Below are positions 46,805-53,801 of a stretch of DNA of 64,000 bases, piece by piece. The notes under the pieces are model-generated. The model had not been told where the DNA came from. It did not search any database and saw nothing but the letters and a program-made list of their open reading frames with translations. The number at the start of each line of letters is the position of its first letter. The first letter of the stretch is position 1. The position numbers and the translations under genes were made by a program. This DNA is from a virus (lineage: Duplodnaviria > Caudoviricetes), in the IMG/VR virus record IMGVR_UViG_3300035208_008180. One strand, 5' to 3'.

Positions 46805-47115
46805 AACCCATCAATAAAAATAACAGTCTCTACACCTTCTTTGCTTTCTAAATATACTGTATCTGGCTCTATTGTGTTATCTATCACAAGCTCCAATCGC
46901 CGTTCTCCAAATCCTGTTTCTAATTGCTCCTCAAAACTTGGCATACAATAAAAAGTAGAGGCAATATCACTGGTAGTTCTGAGTTTGGTGGTGCTGAAAC
47001 CACAACGCCCTTTGATGAAATAATGCAATGCATTAATTTTTTCAACTTCAGTGGCGGGTGGATGGTCAACAACTATATTAAAGTCATAAGTTAAAGCGTT
47101 CATGATCTTAGCCAT
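46801..47115 (-). CDS. hypothetical protein
   Basis: overlaps the end of the nucleotidyltransferase gene. Confidence 0.5.
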   Translation of the reverse strand: MAKIMNALTYDFNIVVDHPPATEVEKINALHYFIKGRCGFSTTKLRTTSDIASTFYCMPSFEEQLETGFGERRLELVIDNTIEPDTVYLESKEGVETVIFIDGF

Positions 47116-48317
47116 TCCCTAAATCCCATCTTACGCAACATTTCCTTGGTGTTATGTTGCATAATATGTTGCCCAATTTCTTTGCCTTGTAATTCGGCTG
47201 CCCCTGGAACTTCATCCCTGTTCATCAATTGGTGTGTTCGCAACTGTTGAATAGCACGAGTATCCAGACCATGCAACTGACTCCATGCTTCCAAATCCTC
47301 AGGTGACATATCCCGCTGCCCTTTTCTCAGACTCCACAAGAAGGCAGGATGCTCTTTTAGCTTATCTTGAATATTGGGCAAATGAAGCAAATTGACCAAA
47401 TACACCACATTGTCCACTTCATCATTAGTGTATTTTAATTGATTTAATTTTCTTCTGATCTTTTCCACATCATTGAGCCGCAACAGATGGGCAACCAATA
47501 TAACAGGATTCTTGGTCTCCACATAATCATGGCTGACCACTAACCCTGGAAATACATATTTTTGCAACAATCCTAATTGATGATAGAGACTTACATAACC
47601 CACAACTGATTTAGCAGATTTTAAACCCTTAATAAATTCGTCTCTGACCCGCTCGGGTGCCACAGCCACGCCATTATCGCTTGCCAGCCCATTATTGACT
47701 CGTTTTTCAATAGCCGCACGAGTTGCTTCATCAATGCCTCTGATGTCGCCATGATTTACACGGCAATAGAACCGCACATATCTTAAAACTCTCAGAGCAT
47801 CCTCGCCAAACCGTTGGTCGGGATCACCCACAGTTTTAACACGTCGCTCTTTCAAGTCTTGTAATCCGCCAACCAAATCAACCACTTCATGACTGTCTAA
47901 ATCATAATAAAGAGCGTTGATTGTTAAATCTCTTCTTTCGGCATCGTCTTGGATATGGGAAAATTTATCAGCTACTTGACGACTGCCAGAATCCTTGCGA
48001 AAAGTGGCAATTTCATAATCTTCATTACCAATTGAGGCTATAACCACCCCGAATTGATTTCCTACAGCACCTTTGGTATGGTTAATGCCACCAGCTTTAA
48101 GAATTTCCATTACTTCTGTGGGCTGTGCATTCGTGGCTAAATCGAAATCTTTGGGCTGTTTTCCCAATACTGCATCTCGTACTGCACCTCCCACCAAATA
48201 TAGATGTTTGCCCGATTTTTTAAATACTCTATGAATAACATGAATATCCTCTGGCAAATTGATTGACAGGTGCATTCGCACTTCTTTACTTTCTAAAAAT
48301 TGCATAAAACTAACCAT
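47100..48317 (-). CDS. cca: class II tRNA nucleotidyltransferase (CCA-adding-like), tagged, no HD domain
   Basis: VGGAVRD, DFD, EIATFR, RRDLTINA, EDALR.LR, ER...E; starts MVSFMQFLE. Confidence 0.88.
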   Translation of the reverse strand: MVSFMQFLESKEVRMHLSINLPEDIHVIHRVFKKSGKHLYLVGGAVRDAVLGKQPKDFDLATNAQPTEVMEILKAGGINHTKGAVGNQFGVVIASIGNEDYEIATFRKDSGSRQVADKFSHIQDDAERRDLTINALYYDLDSHEVVDLVGGLQDLKERRVKTVGDPDQRFGEDALRVLRYVRFYCRVNHGDIRGIDEATRAAIEKRVNNGLASDNGVAVAPERVRDEFIKGLKSAKSVVGYVSLYHQLGLLQKYVFPGLVVSHDYVETKNPVILVAHLLRLNDVEKIRRKLNQLKYTNDEVDNVVYLVNLLHLPNIQDKLKEHPAFLWSLRKGQRDMSPEDLEAWSQLHGLDTRAIQQLRTHQLMNRDEVPGAAELQGKEIGQHIMQHNTKEMLRKMGFREWLRS

Positions 48318-48336
48318 ACCTTATATATAATATAAA
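48318..48336. promoter_or_regulatory. 19-bp divergent spacer with central TATATATA box
   Basis: ACCTTATATATAATATAAA between two back-to-back ATGs of tagged genes. Confidence 0.55.
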
Positions 48337-48981
48337 ATGAACTTTAGAAATTGGATAGAGCACAAATGGTACGAATTTAAAGATACCGTGGAATTATATC
48401 ACGGCACCTCTAGTGCCTTGCTTCCAATTATTAAAACGAATGGATTGGTGCCACCTGATGAGTGTTTAGAGTCATATGCTATTAAAATAATCAAATCATA
48501 TGGAGTTGCCGCAAGCCCGCAATTAATGGAATGGATTCACAAATACGCAATTTCATCAAGAGCTAATGAACCAAACAACAAAATAGCTAACGTAATTTAT
48601 TTAACTCCCAAATTCGAGAATGCAAAAAACTACGCAAAATCCACCCATAAATTTGGGGGAGAAATGGCGGCTGACATTTGGCGAGCTATCAATGTAATTG
48701 AAAGCAAAAAAAGAGGTTTGCCAAAAATGCAGGAAATTATACCTCCCATTTACAAAGAATCTCATCCTGTAGTATTAGAAGTAGAAATCCCATCTAAATG
48801 GATGAATACATATCATGATTTAGCACAACGATATAAAGATGCATTAGACTACTGGGCAACCTTGAAATCTAAGCCAGATGTTCACGATTTTATGGAGAAA
48901 GAATTTGGTCGCTTTGAAATAAGAGTAGAAGAGACTATTCCTGCGTCAATGATAAGAAAAATTCACGCAATAATGTCCTGA
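48337..48981 (+). CDS. ADP-ribosyltransferase-fold protein (H-Y-E type), tagged
   Basis: LYHGTS...I...GL.P, IYLT....A..YA, VVLEV, FEIRV...IP; starts MNFRNWIE. Confidence 0.7.
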   Translation: MNFRNWIEHKWYEFKDTVELYHGTSSALLPIIKTNGLVPPDECLESYAIKIIKSYGVAASPQLMEWIHKYAISSRANEPNNKIANVIYLTPKFENAKNYAKSTHKFGGEMAADIWRAINVIESKKRGLPKMQEIIPPIYKESHPVVLEVEIPSKWMNTYHDLAQRYKDALDYWATLKSKPDVHDFMEKEFGRFEIRVEETIPASMIRKIHAIMS

Positions 48982-49613
48982 AATATCTTGTGATTCTCTG
49001 AATCTTTCCCTGGGATGGCAAACACTACGTTTTCAAACACTTTGTCAAATTCACCACCCTTCAAAAACACCTTAAATGTAGTAGCAATCATGGCGGGAGA
49101 ATTATTAAATATTCCACATCCCCATGCTCCAAGAATTAAATGTTTGTGGTTGTGAACAGCGGCAATTTCAAGAATGCGACGAATACGATTCACAATCAGC
49201 AAAGTGTCTTTTGGCTCGGGATTAACCACCGCTGGCATGGAAATTACAGCTACCGAATAAGGATCAACAGGGTCTAATTGCTTGTCTTTATTCACCACCA
49301 CATTAGAGCAATATATAGCATCTAGTCCATTGCGAGGAAGAGGATAGTATTTATGAATCTCAGGAATATCTAACAATTCTGGCAAATTGGAACGACGAAA
49401 AAGGTCTTCTTCTTGAGTGCGAATCGGCATACGCAAATTGCGAACTGATTCGTAGCCCCCACCAGGACGCTTATGAGAAGCAAAATTTAAACAACAAGCG
49501 TGGTCAAACTCAGCGGCTGTTGTGAATGTGTCATTATCAACAACTGAGAATTGTGTCTGCTCCACCACAGGAGATGGCACAAATGAGAACCCCTCTGAAT
49601 ATAATTGAATCAT
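48963..49613 (-). CDS. bacterial-type PARG macrodomain (TIGR02452/DUF2263)
   Basis: LNFAS...PGGG...QEE.L.R.S.L, LILGAWGCG.F.N, VFAI. Confidence 0.9.
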   Translation of the reverse strand: MIQLYSEGFSFVPSPVVEQTQFSVVDNDTFTTAAEFDHACCLNFASHKRPGGGYESVRNLRMPIRTQEEDLFRRSNLPELLDIPEIHKYYPLPRNGLDAIYCSNVVVNKDKQLDPVDPYSVAVISMPAVVNPEPKDTLLIVNRIRRILEIAAVHNHKHLILGAWGCGIFNNSPAMIATTFKVFLKGGEFDKVFENVVFAIPGKDSENHKIFQDIIA

Positions 49614-49616
49614 AAT

Positions 49617-49895
49617 CTACCAATGTTCTTTGGTGTTTAATGTATGAATAAAATTTCCAATCTCCTGCAATACCTTTTCAGCATCATTACCTTCTGCCTC
49701 AAAAATTATTTCGCTGCCTGATTGAATGCCCATAGAAAGCATTTCCAACACAGAGCTAACATGTGCTCTTTCGCCATTATGTACAAGTATTACTTTAGCT
49801 GAAAATGGCTTAATTAACGCTGCCAACGCTGTGCATGGTCGAGCATGTAAGCCGCAAGGATATGTTAAAATAAGGGTTTTTGTCACTCTGTCCAC
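49617..49895 (-). CDS. ptsH: PTS phosphocarrier HPr
   Basis: GLHARP (His15 site), SSVLEMLSMG (Ser46 region), AEG.DAE. Confidence 0.92.
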   Translation of the reverse strand: MDRVTKTLILTYPCGLHARPCTALAALIKPFSAKVILVHNGERAHVSSVLEMLSMGIQSGSEIIFEAEGNDAEKVLQEIGNFIHTLNTKEHW

Positions 49896-50161
49896 CTATT
49901 ATTTTGAGAATGATCTTCTTCTATCCACCTTTGGGCCTGTAAACAATCTCTTCTATAAGGACAATGCAAAGCACAATAACAAGCCCGATAGCCAGCATTA
50001 AATCCTGATGCGTATAGCTTTAGAAAATGCTCTTCGGCAAATTCCCACCCCACATCCTTGTGTTGCTCTTCAGATAAATACCATTTATCCTCCTCAATTG
50101 CATGTTGCATTATTTTAGCCTGGAGGATAAAAAAATCTTTGTTAGTACAAACTTGCTGCAT
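49883..50161 (-). CDS. DUF4032-like protein
   Basis: I...KWYLSE....DVG...A; GGAGG RBS. Confidence 0.6.
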   Translation of the reverse strand: MQQVCTNKDFFILQAKIMQHAIEEDKWYLSEEQHKDVGWEFAEEHFLKLYASGFNAGYRACYCALHCPYRRDCLQAQRWIEEDHSQNNRWTE

Positions 50162-50190
50162 GGCACCTCCTTGCAGATTATTTATACTTG

Positions 50191-50724
50191 TTATGCTGGT
50201 GTTTCCAGCCACAAATCCCCAGATTTTTCTATTGCCAAATCTTCATAGGGTGCAGTTCTTCTTCTATACATTTCGTCAATTACATCTGTAAAAACGCCAA
50301 GAAAGAAAATGCACTCTTCTGGGGTGTAAAATTCTCGCTGACTCATCACCGCTCGCCACAATGCTCCCTTTATAAAAGATCGCATACAATATCTCGCCGG
50401 GGGTCTACCTGGAGCATCACCTGTTAGTCCCCAACACAAACTGGATAGGCTATAATTCAAGTCACCAGCCATATCCTCTTTGTTGGCTGGAAGGGTTCTT
50501 GCTAATTCAGTGGCATATTCTTTTAGCTTTGCTCCCATTCCAGTTATAGTGGTATTAGGAAACTTCGGGTCAGCCAATCTTTTTATTTCACGTACTAAAC
50601 TGCTTGAAAAAGTGGCAACCAAAGTGGCTTGTATCATTGGTGATTCATTACTGGGAATTAGCCCCATCACCTTTGCAATTATTGCATCGTACTTCGATCT
50701 ATTTTCGTTCTTGATGTATGGCAT
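50191..50724 (-). CDS. hypothetical phage protein
   Basis: MPYIK..., GDLNY, E.YRR..APYED.AI...GD. Confidence 0.7.
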   Translation of the reverse strand: MPYIKNENRSKYDAIIAKVMGLIPSNESPMIQATLVATFSSSLVREIKRLADPKFPNTTITGMGAKLKEYATELARTLPANKEDMAGDLNYSLSSLCWGLTGDAPGRPPARYCMRSFIKGALWRAVMSQREFYTPEECIFFLGVFTDVIDEMYRRRTAPYEDLAIEKSGDLWLETPA

Positions 50725-50733
50725 TTTTATTCC

Positions 50734-51339
50734 TTATGTTTTACTTGCGATTATAGACTGCACTTTTTCTTGTTGTGCGTTTTTTACGACTTCCCGCTCT
50801 TCCATTCTTTGTTCTAAAATATCACCCATTATGGCACTATTGCGTATATATTCCGAAGCTCTTTGTAGAGTTTGATAATCCTCAGCGAAATAAGAAAGAC
50901 CAAAATTACACCTAAAGCACAACAGCCCTCTAATTTTTCCACAGTTATGATCGTGATCTACATGTAATCGCTTGCCTTCCTTAGGCGGCTTACCACAAAT
51001 AGCACACCCACCGCCTTGTTGCTCAAGCATAAAACTATAATCATCTATAGTCAACCCATACTGTCTGAGTTTTTTGATATGGTTGTAGTCTTTGTCTTTT
51101 TTGGCTACCCACTCTTTTTGAACTTGCTTCTTGCGTTGCTTGTTTTTTTTGGTCCACTCTACACAATTATCCTTCTGTTTCTTTAAATACTCTGGATTAT
51201 TTTGCTTAAGCCATTTGTCATAACAACTCTTGCACAACCCTCTTGCCCAAACTGGCCTATCGCTATGCACAGAACACATTTTACTGGCTTTTATATCTTG
51301 CTTCAATCCACCCTGTTTGTTTTTAATTTTCTTTAACAC
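50734..51339 (-). CDS. endonuclease VII-like protein
   Basis: YGLT..DY..M...Q.G.CAIC, VDHDH..G..RGLLC..CN..L. Confidence 0.88.
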   Translation of the reverse strand: MLKKIKNKQGGLKQDIKASKMCSVHSDRPVWARGLCKSCYDKWLKQNNPEYLKKQKDNCVEWTKKNKQRKKQVQKEWVAKKDKDYNHIKKLRQYGLTIDDYSFMLEQQGGGCAICGKPPKEGKRLHVDHDHNCGKIRGLLCFRCNFGLSYFAEDYQTLQRASEYIRNSAIMGDILEQRMEEREVVKNAQQEKVQSIIASKT

Positions 51340-51400
51340 AACTTCCCTTCTGCCAATTGTTTGCCTTATGTATTATATAGTAATTGGCAGAAATATTTTT

Positions 51401-51787
51401 TCATCTATTTTTCAAAATATTTGGAAGATTGTCTAGTTCTTTTGGCAAAATGCCCGCATTTATCATCTCTTGAGTTTCTAATAAACAGCAAGCGTTCCAA
51501 ATCACCGCACTCAGGTGATCTTCGTCTTGTAGTCCTGCTGTAAATTTAAATGCGTGCCGAAGCATAGAATCCAAATACCTGCTCAGGGGAATACCCTTTG
51601 CCCAATTTGAATCTCCATATTTCCTAGCCCCGTTTTCAAAATGTTGTGCCAGTCGGGTAATCGCATAATATGGCAACAAATCAAACCTTCCCTTGCCATC
51701 TTGGGTGTCCCTAACAGCCCCGGTGCCAAACTCTTGTCTAGCCCCTGAATCCATTACCTTGTCGAATTTAGTTGGTGTCTCGCTCAT
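51401..51787 (-). CDS. dATP/dGTP diphosphohydrolase (DUF5664)
   Basis: GAVRD...GK.RFDLLP, GA.KY...NW.KG, RH, EDHL....WN. Confidence 0.85.
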   Translation of the reverse strand: MSETPTKFDKVMDSGARQEFGTGAVRDTQDGKGRFDLLPYYAITRLAQHFENGARKYGDSNWAKGIPLSRYLDSMLRHAFKFTAGLQDEDHLSAVIWNACCLLETQEMINAGILPKELDNLPNILKNR

Positions 51788-51844
51788 GTTAAACCTCACT
51801 TGTAATCTCTACATACTATACTATAATGTGATGCAGAGGTCAAT

Positions 51845-52180
51845 ATGTTAAAAAAGAAAAAATTAAAACCAATTTGTAAAAATTGTAGTTTATTTGATCG
51901 AAACAACAGCATATGCAGAGTGGTTATTTTATCCGAAGGTGAACGCATCAACATTCCTGTTGACCCCGATGATAAGTGTTTTTTCAACAATAAGTTTACT
52001 GCTCTTGAAGAAAAAGCAGGGAAAATTGTTGAAGAACAATTTAAGCCAGAAATTGAACAAGTCCGATGGTGGGTAGAAGACCCAGAAACTGGACAACAAA
52101 CTAAGGGAAACGGCGTTGTAAAAATGCAATATCCAAAAAACTTTTTCTCTCCCGAGGATAAAGATGTTCGAAAAAATTAA
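51845..52180 (+). CDS. hypothetical protein with Cys cluster
   Basis: GAGG RBS; CKNC...C...C. Confidence 0.6.
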   Translation: MLKKKKLKPICKNCSLFDRNNSICRVVILSEGERINIPVDPDDKCFFNNKFTALEEKAGKIVEEQFKPEIEQVRWWVEDPETGQQTKGNGVVKMQYPKNFFSPEDKDVRKN

Positions 52181-52802
52181 ATACAAATACTGGGAAATAG
52201 TGCCGTATGATTGGCGACCTTGGCAAATGTGGTATCGCTTCAAGTCCTTTATTTGGACTCGCCCCACAGTTATCAAGCCTCGCTATTTACCTTATACTTG
52301 GTGCGACAGAATGGAAATGCTGCCCCATATGATGTTTGAGATATTATCTCAATTCATTGAACAAGAGTGCTCGCCTGGGCATGTGGATTGGGAAGCTTCC
52401 GATCACAAGATTCGTGTGGTAAAAGACGATTCTATTGATCCCGGTAGCGGCCTTCCATTGGACCCCGGCAAAATGGTCAATGTTCGTGACGAAATGCAGG
52501 AACTTTATGATTGGTGGCATAATGTTTATATGAAAGAATATAAAGAGGTAGAAGAAATTCTTTGGGCAGAAGCCAGAAAACACGAGCCAATTGACCGATG
52601 GGAAGAAGACGATGATAAAAAAATGGCTGGACTCTACGGCGAAACCCTTTATAAATGGGAGCAAAATTTTAAAACCACCGAAGATGAAGAAATTTATCAC
52701 GATTGTTTAATGGCACTCAACAAATTAGAAGCCAATCAACACAAAGCATTATTAGCAAGGATGCACAGAATAGTCAATCTGACTGGTTATTTGTGGACGT
52801 AA
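52164..52802 (+). CDS. hypothetical Trp-rich protein
   Basis: ORF, GAGGA RBS. Confidence 0.65.
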   Translation: MFEKIKYKYWEIVPYDWRPWQMWYRFKSFIWTRPTVIKPRYLPYTWCDRMEMLPHMMFEILSQFIEQECSPGHVDWEASDHKIRVVKDDSIDPGSGLPLDPGKMVNVRDEMQELYDWWHNVYMKEYKEVEEILWAEARKHEPIDRWEEDDDKKMAGLYGETLYKWEQNFKTTEDEEIYHDCLMALNKLEANQHKALLARMHRIVNLTGYLWT

Positions 52803-52817
52803 TATCTATATACTTCT

Positions 52818-53171
52818 ATGAGTTTTAGACAATTTGTAGAAGATGCTGCGGCTTGGGATGCTTTTCAAGACGTTTTCTTTGTTGGAGAATACGAAGGGCA
52901 AGCAAGTGATTTCTATTGCTGGCTTCGCCAACGCTGGAGTGCCAATCAATCCCCTCAAGATTATGATTACAAAGGATTGGAAAGATTGTTTGCTGATTGG
53001 AAAAAAAGCACAGTTCGTGGTGCATGGTGTGCAAAAATGGATCGAAGTCGAGATCGCAAACGAAGAAAAGACTTCGGCCCAGGCAAATATTGGGCACCTA
53101 CATCAGCAGGTGTCTTCCTAAATAAAAACTTTGTAAAAGGATGGAGAGGTATCAATCCAGCAAACCCATGA
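52818..53171 (+). CDS. hypothetical protein, tagged
   Basis: Starts MSFRQFVE; CTATATA 5 nt upstream. Confidence 0.65.
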   Translation: MSFRQFVEDAAAWDAFQDVFFVGEYEGQASDFYCWLRQRWSANQSPQDYDYKGLERLFADWKKSTVRGAWCAKMDRSRDRKRRKDFGPGKYWAPTSAGVFLNKNFVKGWRGINPANP

Positions 53172-53584
53172 AATTCAAACAATGGCTTGAATCCATATAC
53201 TATCACGGCACCACACCCGAAAACGCCGAATCTATCCTAAAAAATGGCATCGACCCAGATCGCTATAAAAGCGGGATGTTCAGAGGATTCTACCTTACAC
53301 CAAACCCAACTTACTTCAATGGCTTTAGCGGGCCAAAGAAAACAATTTTGGCCATAGAAATTGATGACTCGCAAATACTCGATGTAGAAAGCGTCAAGGA
53401 TGAGGATTTGCTGCCAATTGATCCTCACTTCAAAATGATGAGCCCAATGTATAAAAATACTATGATTATGAAGTTGGCTCTTGAAAAAGGATATTCTGGC
53501 GTCAAAAACGGAAAAGAAGTTGTTCTTTTTACTGACAGAGCAATCCGCTCTATTCGACCCATAAATTCCAGTCATTCAAAGTAG
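53168..53584 (+). CDS. ADP-ribosyltransferase-fold protein (PARP-like H-Y-E), tagged
   Basis: YYHGT...A.SI...GI, GFYLT, GY.GV....EVVLF; starts MKFKQWLE. Confidence 0.7.
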   Translation: MKFKQWLESIYYHGTTPENAESILKNGIDPDRYKSGMFRGFYLTPNPTYFNGFSGPKKTILAIEIDDSQILDVESVKDEDLLPIDPHFKMMSPMYKNTMIMKLALEKGYSGVKNGKEVVLFTDRAIRSIRPINSSHSK

Positions 53585-53801
53585 TCCGCATTTCACGGGC
53601 ATGTTTCATGCACAAAAAATTTGAAGTGCTGCGGCTACCACTTCCAGTTTCTATCTTTAAAACCGTGGTGCCCTTAGGCAAAGCAGATTCCTTTACTCCC
53701 TTCTCATGCTTTTTGACAGAATAAGGTGGAGTATTAATTTCATCATAACACATCGGGCAATAAGCATTATTGCCTTTAACAACCGTTAGTTCATATTTCA
53801 T
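53550..53801 (-). CDS. small Zn-binding protein
   Basis: CPMC...CMKH. Confidence 0.5.
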   Translation of the reverse strand: MKYELTVVKGNNAYCPMCYDEINTPPYSVKKHEKGVKESALPKGTTVLKIETGSGSRSTSNFLCMKHAREMRTTLNDWNLWVE

